Positions 39,997-54,051 of a stretch of DNA of 64,000 nt are shown here, one piece after another (position 1 is the stretch's first letter; every line of letters starts with the position of its first letter). Made by a program: the position numbers and the translations under genes. The notes beneath the pieces were generated by a model. That model ran no database searches. It was given only the letters and a program-made list of their open reading frames with translations, and was not told the DNA's origin. Origin of the DNA: Proteromonas lacertae (Eukaryota); assembly GCA_002245135.1 (NCBI GenBank), contig NGBS01001175.1, forward strand, positions 1 through 64,000. The letters are read 5' to 3'.

Positions 39997-42900
39997 TTAA
40001 TTTAAACTACAAACTAAACCAAGTGTCTGTAAACCAACTTCACTCAAATTACAAGTCAAACATAACTTACCTTTATAACTCACATCATAACTAGATCCAC
40101 AATATGGACATTTCATTATTTCATCACTTTTATTTAATGGTAAAAATTTCTCACAGTTTATTACCCATTGATTTTGACTATTATAATTCAATTCATTTTC
40201 ATTTCTTCCTTGTTTCTCAGATGCTTGTAATACTTTAAGTGTCTATTATATAATAATAATAATATATATTTATATATATACTTTATCTTTTAATTGAGCA
40301 TTATTTTGTTTGTTTATTTCATTGATTTCTAATATTCTTCTCGCAAAATCAGCTGAAGTTATATAATTCTTCAATTTATAAGCACTTGTCATTGCTAAAT
40401 TCAATACTAATAACAAATGATTAGCTTGTAAATTACAATGAGTCATATAACAACTCAATTCTAACCCTCTAACTCCATCATTTGATTGAATACTTCGACG
40501 ATATAATTCTAATCGACAAGCAGTTATATAATCACGGCTTACACTTACTAATTCTTTTACTTCATCACTTTCACTTTTATGACTTACTATTAATAATGGT
40601 AAACTCGTTAAGATCTTTAAAAATGTATTCATACTTTCAGTAAATTTACCCAATTGGAAATATTTATATCCTTCTTTTAATCTCTCAACTAAATGACTGA
40701 ACTTTATTGTACTTGGAGGTACTGTTTTCTTCATCGAATTGACTTTACTTCCATCATGTATTAATTCATATCCAATTGGAGGACTTATTGAATAACCAGG
40801 ACAAAATATTTCACTACCATAATAAACACTTCGAAATACTTCTTTTAATGGATCAAAGTTAATTACACCAATTTGACGATTTAATAATCTCATTCCACTT
40901 TCTATTGAACCACCAGCTATATGAATTGCAGCTAAAGATGAACTATCAATCCAATAATCTTTCGCAGATGGTAATCTTGTTCCACTTACGATATTTCCAC
41001 TTTCTTCCATACTAAATTCATCTTTTTCATTTTTATTTGATGTATTTACAATTGTATCAGGTAATTCATCAGCAGGTATTTCAAGATCATCACCCCATTC
41101 ATTGGCTTCATTTCCTTTATTATCATCATTTTTATTCCAATCATCTTCATCATTTTTATTGTTTTCTTCTTCTCCTTCTCCTTCTCCTTCTTCATCATCA
41201 TCTTCATTATTATTATTATTATTGCTTTGAGGCATTCCAGCAGATTCAAAATAATTACTTCTTTTATCTCCAATTACCCAATCATTTACTAATTCTACAG
41301 TTTTGGGTGGGTATAATTCTTCACTATTTTCACTCTTTACAGGTATTGGAATATTATTTGTATCTAAAGCAGCTTGAATATTCTCTAATTTATCATTTAA
41401 ATTGTATGTTAAAGCAGTTAAATAAGCTAAACTATTCTCACCAGCATCTTCTAATATTTTTACTCTTTCTTCTGCATTTCCTAATAATAATGCATTTAGA
41501 TATTTGGACATTACATTTTGTCTCATTTCTGCTATCTTATACATTTTCTGTAATTTATCATTATTACCTGTTAATAAATATAAATACGATAATTTCTCAA
41601 ATGATTTTGTCTTTTGATAAGCCATTTCAGCTACTGATATTTTACCTCTTGATAAAGCTACATCAGCTAATTTCTCATAATATTCATCTTTATTTAAACT
41701 AATTGCACATTCAGCTGCTATTTCAATATTACCACATTTCAACGCTAAATCAAATCGAGAGGATGTATCACTTACAAAGTTTAATGCAACTTCAGGATAT
41801 CCTTTCTTATGTAAATATTCAATTATTGCTTCACCACATAATTTACCACTCTTTATTATTCTTAATACTTCTTGAATATTTCGACTTTCTAATGCTATTT
41901 TAAACTCGTATTCAGTTGGATCAATCGCTAATCTTCGAGGTTTACAATCTCTATCTAATACATATACATGTTTATTTTCAATTTTAGTCACATAACATGG
42001 AAAATCGATTGTTCTTATTACACCACTATCTCCACTTGGTATTATATATTTTATATGACTTAATGTACTATATATAAATGCACCTCTTTTATCCCAACTA
42101 CCACCTTTTACACTCATTGGTTCATTCGAAGTAGAGATTATTTCTAAATCTTTATTACATATCCATACTGTATCTTTACTCATTAATGCAACATATTCAT
42201 TATTATCATTCCATTGAACATATTTTACACCATTTACTATTGCACTTCCTAATTGTTTTCGACTGGTTGTATCAAATAATACTATTCGATCATCACTTCT
42301 TAATAATATTCGACCAATTATTCCACCAGCAAATATTTCACTCCAATTACCTGATGGAGGTGTTACTGGTTTAGTTAATTGATTGTCAAGACTTCTTATA
42401 CTTATCTTTCGATCTTTTTCTAATACAGCTATACGATTTCTAGCTGTAAATAAGGCACTTAATCCATTACCTTTTATTGGCTCACTTCCATTTGTATTTT
42501 CACCTTTACCTGTTCGATATATTTCATATGTTCCACCATCAGCTGTGGAAAATAATATTATATTACTTTCACTTGGATTCATTGAATTATATATCAATTG
42601 TTTTGGTTGGATATTCGAATTATTAGATATACTTGATATTGGAATATCTTTCGTTGAAGTATAATCATATAATCGAATATATTTATCTTTCACATAATAT
42701 AACTCATTTCCATTGGTATAATAAGCTGGTCTTTCTCTATTCAATTTGAATATTATTAAACCATTATCATGACCTGCTGCTATTAAATCTTGACTTGGAT
42801 GCATTGCCATTACCCAATATCTATCATGAGGTCGACTAAACTTCTGAATACAAATTCTCTTTGTTGCATCCCATATACGAATAGAATGATCTTCACTGTC

Positions 42901-43695
42901 ACTAAATATAAGATTCTTTGTTGGATGGAATAATACACAACTTACATTTCCAGTATGTCCTCTTAATGTATCAACTTCCCACGCCTTTGAATCATTATAT
43001 CGCCATATCTTCACTTGTCTATCATCAGATCCTGAAACTATTAAATTTAAAGTTGGATGGAAACTTGCCCAATTTACACATCGATCATGACCTTCAAGAA
43101 CAAATTTTACTACTCCAAATAATTCGGAATTTAAACGACCCAAACCAGCAGCTTGTTGTTCTTCACCTGGCGTTCCATTTACTTTCTTCTTTCTTAACGC
43201 TGATACATCCCATACTCTTATCGTTGTATCTAAGGAGGTTGATAAGACTAAATCCTTTGTTGGATGGAATTCAGCATACATTACATAGTGGTTATGTCCA
43301 GTAAGAACAGATATACATTCTCTACTTTGCCAATTCCATATTCTTATCGTTTGATCATCAGAACTACTCAAAATCCAAGGATATTCGGGATGAAACTTTA
43401 CACTTCGCACATAATCACAATGACCAAGAAGTGTGAATAAGCATTTTCGTTGTTTGTAATTCCATACTTTGATTTTGAAATCATCACTTCCTGACACAAA
43501 TAAAGGCTGACTTTGATGAAAACAAACACCACGGACTGGAGCTGTATGTTCATCAAATACATCAATTAAAGCTTTCATTTGATAATCCCATAATTGGATA
43601 CTTCCAGTGTGTAAACTGGCTAATAACCAAGGTCGATGTGGGTGGAAACTCAAACCCTTCACTCTATTGCTAGTAGTCTCAAAACGAGTGAGCAT
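39997..43695 (-). CDS. COPA: Coatomer subunit alpha (right copy)
   Basis: Near-identical to 16748-20459; intact reading frame. Confidence 0.97.
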
Positions 43696-43866
43696 GAGCA
43701 AAAAGAATTTTTGGCTTTTTAAAAAGCGGGAAAGTCTATTTAATTTGAATGGATTTGGGTTAATGAAAAATTGAATTTGGGGATAGTTTTGGGATAAATG
43801 AAAATTTCCAAATTCACAATCATATGAATAGAATTGACAATGAAAAATAATAAAAAATATAATTAA

Positions 43867-46800
43867 TTATTCAACATTGAAGAATTCTTTTGATAATTCA
43901 TTCTTTTCTTTTTCTGAAAGTCCATTCACTTTTATTCTTCTTACAGATGGAAATGTTTGTAAAAATGATATTAATTCGGATTTATCAATATTCTCTTTTA
44001 ATGTTATTCATAATTCATTCACATCTTCAAAAATCTCAATTCATTTTCATTCAATTCATTTCCTGATATATCAATATTTCTAATTGGTTTATAATCTTTT
44101 AATCTCTCTATTAACACTTTTAATCCTTTTTCACTCATACCAACATCTATTCAAATAATAAATTCACATTATATATATATAATACTTGATAAATTCAATA
44201 AATATGGGTGATTTTTATAATTTCGCCTTTTAAACTTATTTAAATATTTACAGGTTATTTCTATTCCTTCATCTCCAATCTCATTATTATATATTGAAAT
44301 ATATTTTGAAGAATTTGGTAATAAATCAGTTAATTCTTTCAATCCTTTAGAACTAATTTTGTTATTCGATAAATCAATCCATCGATAATTTATCTGTTTA
44401 ATTATTGAAATATGAGGATCATTCAAACCAAAATCTATTATATAGAATAATCACATTCTATACTGGAAAAATCACATTCATCTTTTCTTCTCTTCTTTAC
44501 ACAATAGTCTAAATAATACTCCAATTCTTCATTTGTCCACGATGAACATTTCATTTCTATGAATGGATAATTTTCATTTTCTAATGATTTTGAACATATT
44601 GATTCTAATCCTTTTATACTTACACTGTTTCCATTTAGATTTATAGTTTCACAATTTTCAATTGATTGAAGATTACTTGCCAACAGAATTATACTTTCAT
44701 CATCAATTGAGATATTAATCATATCTATTTTATCATAATCCATCAATATTTTTAAATTGTTTAGCAAGGACTTAAATCCACTATTTCCTATTGGATTGTC
44801 TATTAAAATAATATAAATCATATATACTGTTAATCTCTAACATTTCAATATGATGATCTTCTTCTACATAATTCATCAAATATTTTAATCCAACTGAAGA
44901 TAAACCCATTTCTATTCAATACAATAACAACAATTATTATACTTGAACAATTCAATTTACAGTCATTACTTCTTAGTAAATGTAAATAAGGAGATAATAT
45001 TTTCATTCCTTCATCTCCTATATCATTCCCACATAATTGAAGTTCTTTAAACTTATAAAATGAAGTATAATTGTTAATCAGTATTTGTACACTCATAGAC
45101 TTAAGTTTATTATCTACATAATAAAAAAGAAAAACAAATAATACTACACAAATTTAATCTACTTATTTTTCTTAATTCTCCTGATTTTAAAAAAATCAAT
45201 GATATCAAAATATAATCATTCATTTCCAAATTACTCAGATTTAATTCATTATTATTACTTTTAATATATTTGATTAATTCTGGAACATCTTTATCAACCA
45301 ATAATTCTTTACATCCATTTATATCAAAAACTATTTTTGAAATAGGAAACTTGGAGAATAAAGCTTTTAATCCAACAGAATGAATATTTTTGTTTTGCAT
45401 AATATCTATTTTTTTTATATTTGCATATCTAAATAATTCTTCTGATAATAATACCATTGATTCATCATTTAAATTCATTCCACATAGATTCAATTCATTA
45501 TTTTTGTTGATTAACAAATGCAAATATGGAAGAATTAATCTAAATCCTTTTGAACCAATTGGTGTGTCTATTTCAAGATAATATATTTAAATAGATCAAG
45601 ATATATATGAAAGATTTATATATTTTAATTTCATGAATGGAATTGATTTAACAAATGATTCTATGAAATTAAAATCTACATTACATGAATGTGTATAAAT
45701 TTCTTGAAGATTTGATAATTGATTAAAATTTTATTGGAATATAAAAAACTATTTAAACAAGATAAAATTATAACTATACAAAATTGAAGTTTTGTTGGAT
45801 TAATCTGTTTCAGTATATTGAAGAAATAATCCATCCCTTCATTACAGAAACAAATATTTTTAGAATGAATTACAATTTTTCCTTTATCTTCACAATCAGT
45901 ATTAATAATAAATATCTTTTCATTTTTACATTGATGATGAATATGAAACTTCAGTCTATCTATAATTGATTTATCTTGTTTGTATAATTTCATCATCAAT
46001 AGTATAGACAGTATTCTTTTGTTAGGTTTATAATTATAAGATTCTATCAAACAATATTTAATCACTTTCCAATTTTTACTTTCAAGATAGTATTCTGATG
46101 GATAGATTATTGGAAGTAAAATACTATTCTTGTGATTTTTATACAAAAACTTCTTCCTTTCTTCGAATATCATAAAATCATTCTCATCGTCTTTCAATAA
46201 TTCACTCATTTTTGTCATTTCTTTTATCAAATCTTTCAATCTCATTCTATCTTCATTATTCACTTTCAACATTCTGAATATCATTTCTTTCATCTTATCA
46301 TCACATTCTACATCTAAACTGTATTTACATCTCACAATATTCTCTTTCGTTTTATTCATATTATTATCTTCATTAAATGGTAATTTCTTAAACATCATCT
46401 CATATAATATACATCCAATTGACCAAATTACACTTCTTTCATCATATTCTAATCCATTCATCTCTTCTGGACTTTTGAAGCATATATCATATATTCTCAT
46501 TTCATCTTTTTTTCTTAATGCATTTAGGTTTAAATCACATAACTTTATATTGCCATTTTCTTCATATATTACATTACTACTCTTTAAATTACCTATCATT
46601 AAGTCATATTCATTTAAGATCATTATAATATCACATAAAGAAGATATCACATTACATATTTCAACACTTGACAAATATTTACTTTGAATTACCTTTTTTG
46701 AGTCTCTAGAGTAATATTCTCGTAATATTATTATACAGTCATTCATTACAAACACTTGAAAAGGATATATTAAGGAAGAACAACAATTCAACAATAAGGA

Positions 46801-47025
46801 GGTATTTTCTAAGAATTTTAATATCTTCTTCTCTTTTATCTCATTAACATCTAATATTTTTATCATTTTAATCTCATTCTTATGTTCAACAACTAAAACT
46901 ACCTCATTTTCACTCTTTTCTTTTTTTTCTTTTATCTATTAAAAATAAATAAAGTAAAATACATTAGAATTAGGTGGTAATATAGATAATAATACCTCAT
47001 CTATGAAAGATTTCAAACAAAACAT
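43867..47025 (-). CDS. Pseudokinase plus RNI-type LRR protein (right copy); kinase part open, last exon apparently disrupted
   Basis: The 396-aa ORF 45676-46866 has degenerate HRD/DFG motifs, followed by LRR exons; a deletion near 44035 relative to the left copy. Confidence 0.7.
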
Positions 47026-47073
47026 TTTCAAAAACTTGATTAGGCTTGATTGAATAAAGTTGATTTTAGAAGC

Positions 47074-48034
47074 ATGAGAAATGAATTTCTTTACAATAAC
47101 ACAATAAACTGGTATATTATGTGATGTTATAATGAATTATAGGTATCCTGGTCATATGGCTAAAGCTTTAAGACTTTTATCTGAGAAAGTGAAAGGAGTG
47201 GATATGTTAATGGAAGTTCGTGATGCTAGAGTATAATTCATAGATGAAAATGAATATAGTTTCCACTGAGTACTTCTAATCATAATTTTGATTCCCTGTT
47301 TCCCAATAAACCACGATTGATATTATTTAATAAATGTGATTTATCTGATTCATCAAAATGGCCTAAAATCAATGAATATTATTCCAAACAGAATATTTCT
47401 AGTTTGTTTATATCAGTAAAACAAAAGATAAATATAAATAAACTAATTCCAACAATGATTAAGACATGTCCATCTAAATTCAAGACAGCAGGTTCAATAT
47501 TTCTAATAGTTGGTTTAACAAATGTAGGTAAATCTTCAATAATAAATTGTATAAGAAAGAATTCGAATGATTTTAAAGGATGTATTTATTATATATATAT
47601 ATTAAATAGTAAAAGGTGCCAAAGTTGGTGCAACTCCTGGTTTAACTCGAAATATATATCCATTGAAAATCAATAATAATCCTGATTTATATATCTATGA
47701 TAGTCCAGGTATAATGATTCCAAAGTTACAAATTAATAATAATATGAATAATGAAGTAGGATTGAATTTATGTTTAGCTGGATGTATTCCTGATAAAATA
47801 GTGGATGAAGATGTATTATGTGATTTTATATTGTTTAAACTGAATAAGTTGAAGAATTATAAATATAGAAAAGTGTTACATTTGAGTGGAAGTGAAGAAG
47901 AACTTGATAATATAGATTATGTATTGAAGATGATTAGTAAGAATGAAAAATGTGATGAATGTGTTGCTAGTAGAAGATTTATTGAGAGATTTCGAAAAGG
48001 TGATTTTGGTCGCTTTGTATTTGATGAGATATAA
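47074..48034 (+). CDS. MTG1: MTG1/RbgA family GTPase (right copy)
   Basis: Same motifs as 12380-13339. Confidence 0.9.
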
Positions 48035-48172
48035 TATTTATTTTTGTTGTTGTTGTTTAATTTAATTATTTTTTGTTTGTTATGTGTTTGTATGTTGTTT
48101 ATTTAAAGAAATAAACAAAATACAATAAAATACAGAGAATAATACATTTCATTTTTGTATTTGATATAAATA

Positions 48173-49267
48173 ATGGAATTAACCGAAGTAGGTTGTTATT
48201 GTAGTTTTAGTGAATGTCATCAGAAAGGTATTGTTAATATTTAGATTGATTTAGATTTTCTTCCTTTTGAATGTGATTTTTGTCACCAGAAGTATTGTAA
48301 AGATCATATATCATATGAGAAGCATAACTGTGCAGAGTATAAAATAAATCTGATAAAATAATAGATATAAGAAAAGAATTTTAGAAACTAGTGAAGTAGT
48401 AGATGAATTATCAACATACAGTTGTGAAATGAATGGTTGTAAAAACAAAGAATTAACGAAATTCATTTGTTGTGAATGTAATCATAGTTTTTGTAAATTT
48501 CACAGGTATTTGATATAACAATTTGAACTATGAAGTAATGTATTATAGAAATCCATTAGATCATAATTGTGATAGATGTGTAATGTCAAATCAATTTATA
48601 GATAATAAAAATAAAGAATATTCAAAAGAAAATACTTTAAATGAAATAGAAATAATGTATTAATTATATTTTATACAATAATGATTAGAAGTAGTGGTAT
48701 TTGTACAGACAAATTAATAATAAATAATTTCTCAACCAAATTTAATGAAATATTATCATCACTTTGTATGAAACATAACTTATCACTTGATGATAAAATA
48801 ATACTAATAAATAATACCAAAATAGAATTAGATGAAGAAATATCTAAATATATTGATAATAAAGGAATAGTGAAAATAAGAATAGGAACATTGAGTGGAT
48901 ATTTAAGAAATGAGAAAAATAGATTAATGATAGAATCACAGAAGTATATGATATTTGAATATTATATAATATAAATAGATTTAAAAGAATAGCTAAAGGA
49001 GATTCAAAAATTCCTCCAAATAATCGATTGTATTATAATATAAAATATGAAAATAAAATATATTCAATATATTGTGATAAGAAATACGGTGTGGGTAAGA
49101 TGATTGATTATTTCTGTAAATTATTTGGAGTTAGTAATTATAATGCGAATGGAAAGGGGAAATTGATAATGAAATATGAAAATCATGAATTAAACAATAA
49201 TGAAAGTTTGTTGAAACAAATGATTCCTGAATTTAGTTTGATAGTGTTAGATAAAGTAATAAATTAA
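48173..49267 (+). CDS. ZFAND1: ZFAND1/Cuz1-like AN1 zinc finger protein (right copy)
   Basis: Same motifs as 11146-12240. Confidence 0.85.
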
Positions 49268-49373
49268 TAGATTATAGTTTGTATTAATGTAATGCTGATT
49301 TAAAATTGTTTTTAAAAGAATGGGTTAATCAAAACTATTTTTGGATGATTCAAACTATTTTTGAAGGCTTGAG

Positions 49374-50996
49374 ATGAATTTTGATCCAAATAAGTTCATA
49401 CCGCTTTCAAAGAAATACAATAATGAATGGAAAGTACAACCATCTCCATCCAAGCAGGATTTAGATGATTTATTGAATTATTTTCACAAGTTTAACTTAC
49501 TTCAAAAAGTATGATGTATATGTGGATATTGTATATAGATAAATGTAATTTTGAGTATATTTTCTTCAACGAAAGCCAAAATTGAGGAATGTAAACCCCA
49601 AATAATCGATTTTATATCTAGAGCATTTTCTGAAGAAGATAGTGGTTGGTTACAGTTTCTTAGTTCCACAGTATCATCATATTATGATATTGATGAAGTA
49701 ACCAATCTAAAGTGTAAAGAATATGAAGAATCAATATTCTCAACAATGTTGAATGATGAATTTAAACCTAACTGTATAATTCATGTAATTTGTTAATGTC
49801 TTAGTAAAAAGTGAACCTCCTAAACTATCTCCATCAATTGATATTTCTCCTTTATATATTCACAATTTATCATTGAATAAGATAATTAATTCAAATGAAA
49901 TAACTCCTGTTACTACTCCCTGTGATTATAATGTTATAGATGATACACATCCATATCCAGTTAGAATATGTATTAATAAATATATTTATATAAATCCGAT
50001 GAAAAGAGGCTATATTTTGTATTTAATTATTTTGATATTTATTTTTACTTTTATTATATTCAATATAATATACACATATTATTTTGGTTATATATATTGA
50101 ATATAATAAGTGATAATAAGTGATAATAATAATAATACTTTCTCATTTGAGGATATATGTTTATAATTATTTCTATTTTATTCAAATAGTAAAACATCAA
50201 AAAATAGAAGTGAAAGGATTAGAAACTGATGTAAATACCAAAAAAGATAAAGAAATCTGTAAATCAGAAAGAGTAATAAATGTGGATAAAGAATTAGAAA
50301 CCAAATATAAACCATTATTAGAGAATAGACAAGATGAATTTACAAAACAACAACAACAATTCCAACAACAAATCCAACAACAACAACCATCACAATTACA
50401 ACAACCACAAGCAATTCCTTCATCAAGTCCATTAATTGGTAATACAATAAAAAGAGAAACAAAATCAATGATGTCTTTACAAAATAATAATAATATTAAT
50501 AATTCATATTTAACACCACATCGAACTTCATCAATTAGAAGTTTTAAAAGTAATAAAGAATCTCATCGTAGTTTTTCAACATCAGTAATAAATCAATTAC
50601 AACCAGTAACAAATGGAGATTTAACCAATACAATAGAGAAACAAGTATCAATAATGAGTAAAAAAGCATATAAGAAGTATAAACGAAATGAAGTTGGTTA
50701 TTCTACTCTATATCAAGCAATATCTAATTATGTAGGTCAACCATTGACTAAAGATTATTCTAAAGAAATATCGAGTATTTTCAATAATAGTAATCGTATT
50801 TAATATATTATATAAAATATATTATTTATTTATAGCAATTGAGAGATATTCAAGATTTTTATTAAAACAAGAAGAAAGTGAAGAAAATGGAGTGAAAATA
50901 TTGAATAAATACTATTTTGAATATGATTATAGTACAAAAGCATATAGAGTAATAAAAAAGAAATTTAGAAGTAGTATTTCAAAAGATGATTCTTAA
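49374..50996 (+). CDS. NELFA: NELF-A (WHSC2)-like protein, spliced (right copy)
   Basis: The N-terminus NEW...LLNYFHKFNLLQKINVILSI...EEDSGWL and the C-terminus YFEYDYSTKAYRVIKKK parallel NELF-A's N-terminal and C-terminal (FEMNY.TG.W...KK) conserved blocks, with a low-complexity middle. Confidence 0.6.
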
Positions 50997-51095
50997 TTAA
51001 GAATAATAACTCTCATACAAACAATTTTAGATATAATATAATATAATATATAATAAAGAAATATTGATTCATTTCATTTCATTCATTATAAGTGT

Positions 51096-53586
51096 TTAAG
51101 CATAAGTATTAGCATTTTGACAAGCTTCACCATAAAATCCATCAAAACAACTACATAAACCACTTGAATAATCACAATTACCTCGACCACTACAATCTCT
51201 TTGTTCAGATGATTTATCATCTTTATCATTTGTTGCTTTCATTGGATCTACAGATGATGGACATTCCAATAAACTACAATCACTTCCACGATGACCAGCA
51301 TCACAAATACAACTATAAATATATTCATCATTTCCAAATCCTTTGTATAAATTCACATTAGCATTTTCTAATGATTCATGTACTTTCACACATCGACCAT
51401 GATTACTACAGTCATTAGGACAACTCAATCTTTGACAAGCATCTCCATCATAACCAGCATAACATTCACATTGACCTGTTTCTCTATTACATAATCCTTG
51501 ACCACTACATTCCATTGTTTTTCTTGAATCACTTTCAGTTAATTCGATTGATATTGAAGCTGTAGAGTAGCCTACTTTGTCTTCATAACCTACTAAAGGA
51601 GTAAATGGAACTGAAGTATAGACAGTTGGTAAATTTATTGTATTTGTTTCTAGTGTTTCACCTAAAATACGAGTATCATGTTCTGTTGTAGCTGTAGTTG
51701 TTGGTTCAGCAGTTGCAGTTATATTATCAGTTCCATTAACAATATAATGTGGTAAATTCAATGTTTCACCAATAACTGAACTAACTGTAGCAGTAGCAGG
51801 AACAGTATTAATAATTTTACCATCATTGAATATAGTGACTGATAATTTCACTCCTTCAGTTAACTTCATTAATATGTTTCCATAATTATCATCATCTTGT
51901 GAAATAGGTATAAACACATATCGATTTTTATTATCTGTATATGCAGATAACATTGCTTGCATTGCTTTTTCACCAATTGTTTTAGCAGTTGCTCGAAGTG
52001 TATAACTTCCATCTTTATTATCACTTACAGTAACAATATCCTCACTTGTATCAGGAATTGTAAAACCTTTACAATCATTATCACTTTTACATTTTAATAT
52101 TGTTTTACCAACTTCTGTTTCAGCTATAGGTACATATACACCTTTTGGATCACTAGCCAAATAACAAACAGCATCTTTACTAGGAGTATCACTTTGATCT
52201 GCAAATACGAAATACACATCATTATTATCACTAGTATATACAAATGTAGTATATGATTTTACTTCAGCTTTTCCTTCTCCAATTTGTTCATTACAATAGA
52301 ATGTTGCTTCTTTATTCTTATATACTAAATCTATTAATACTCTCATTCTTTCTGTTTGAGATGGTGGTTGTGTTGTTGGTTTTTCATCAAAGAAACCCAT
52401 ATCATCCAATATATCTTTCATTCCACTCCATACAATTGCAGAATATCCTTCTTTAGCTGCTGTTCCATTAATAGTTGGTCCATCAGTTGGTAATTCATTA
52501 TTCTTTATTACTTTGTTTATTTCTACTTTTTCTGGAACTAATGTTGTTAAATCTTTTCTTAATTGTATTATAGTGTATTCTAATTCCTGTAAATTGAATG
52601 TCTCTTCTTTTGGTGGTGGTGGAGGTGGAGCAGTTGTTGGTGGTTCTGTTGTTGGTTCTGTTGTTGTGGTTGATGGTGTTGTTGTGGCTTCTTCACCTGT
52701 TACTGTTGTAGCTGCTTCTGATGTAGTTGTTGCTTCAGCTGTTGTAGCTTCAGCGGTTGTTGTTGCTGCGGTAGTTGCAGCTTCTGCTGCATCCACCCTT
52801 CTAAAACACGAAGTCTTTTTACTGCTTTTACTTCTCCTTCTTCCTTTGTTGTTGTTGCTTCAACTGTTGTTGTAGCTTCAGTTGCTGCTGTAGTTTTGCC
52901 TTCAGTTGCTGCTGCTGATGTTGATTCTGTAGGATTTGCTGTTGTTGGCTCTTCAGGTTTTTCAGTTAATTCAAACATAAATCTGATTGTAGCATATAAT
53001 GCTGTTTCATTTTCAATTTTAACTGACATTATATCAGCTTTTCCTGCAGTCTTTCCTGTTTTGGAACTTCTACACATCACAGTACCTCCTGCACTTTCCA
53101 TTCCAGGTGGAATAATTGGATTTGAAATATTCCATACTCTATCACTAGTTTTATTAACTAATGATGGGAAAACAGTTGTTACTTCAGGAGTAGTTTCTGT
53201 AGCTGCTGCGGTTGTTCCTGCTTCTGTGGCTTTAGTTGTGGTTTCTTCTGCTAAAAATCTATAACTCTTTTCACTAAGAGCTCTTCTACAAGGTGCACTA
53301 TTACATCCTTCATATCCTTCTTTATCTGTTTTTACTGTTCCTTGAAATGTACCAAAAGGCTTTCCAAGAGGACATGTTCCTAAACAGTTATAAATAAAAA
53401 TATACGGTGGGAGCAATCTGCTCCTGTATATGTAAAAACTTCAAAAGCACCTCCATTCAATGCTAAGCCAGTTTGCTTATTACATTCACAGATTCCATTA
53501 TCACCACATTTGCCGTGGCCACTACAATTATTGGGACAAGCAGCTAATAAATAAGCAAAAAATAGAGTCAGACAAAAATGCTTCAT
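51096..53586 (-). CDS. Full-length mastigoneme-like (Ocm1/Sig1-type) EGF protein with Thr-rich inserts; 26-nt intron at 53380-53405; one apparent frameshift near 52797
   Basis: Signal peptide MKHFCLTLFFAYLLA, then CPNNCSGHGKC...YTGADCSHRTCPLG, and three C-terminal EGF-like modules, matching the stramenopile tubular hair protein layout. Confidence 0.78.
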
Positions 53587-54051
53587 CGAGATATTAATAT
53601 ATTGAAATATTACGTTGGTCAAGCCAAGGTTTGAATCTTTAATTTTTGTTTTTTGAATATTTTATCTAAATGTAGGATATTGATTATTATTTTATAATAT
53701 TAAATTATTTAAGCAATTATATAGCCATTGCGCTAAAATTATATTTATTTATAAATTTGAAAAGAATTAGTAAGAAAAATAATATAAAACAACTATCACT
53801 ATCAGATAATTATATTCTCTTAATTATTAGTAATATATCATCCGCTATTGTCATAAGAATCACAGATTGTTTATTAAAAATAAAACAACAGATTATACTA
53901 GTGTTCACTATAAGAAATAATAGCTTAGAAAGAAATAGTATAAAGACACAACCAAATTCGAATTACAAATGTAATTTGAATCAAACTTGTTTGATATTTA
54001 TTGTTTTCATACCCCAATTTTAAATTTTCGATAAAATTTCATTTTTGAAAA

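Larger units (their letters stand above)
39569..52033 (-). repeat. Right arm of the large inverted segmental duplication
   Basis: Reverse complement of 8377-20881. Confidence 0.97.

Noticed and set aside
7281..53264. Antisense and overlapping ORFs in the track (e.g. 7281-7955, 18741-19412, 30518-31246, 41037-41702, 52513-53264)
   Set aside because: These are shadow frames of Thr-rich or codon-biased genes on the opposite strand, with low-complexity translations and no motifs.
53757..54023. 88-aa ORF between the mastigoneme gene and the Tom6-like gene
   Set aside because: Non-ATG start, AT-rich composition and no motif; probably intergenic.
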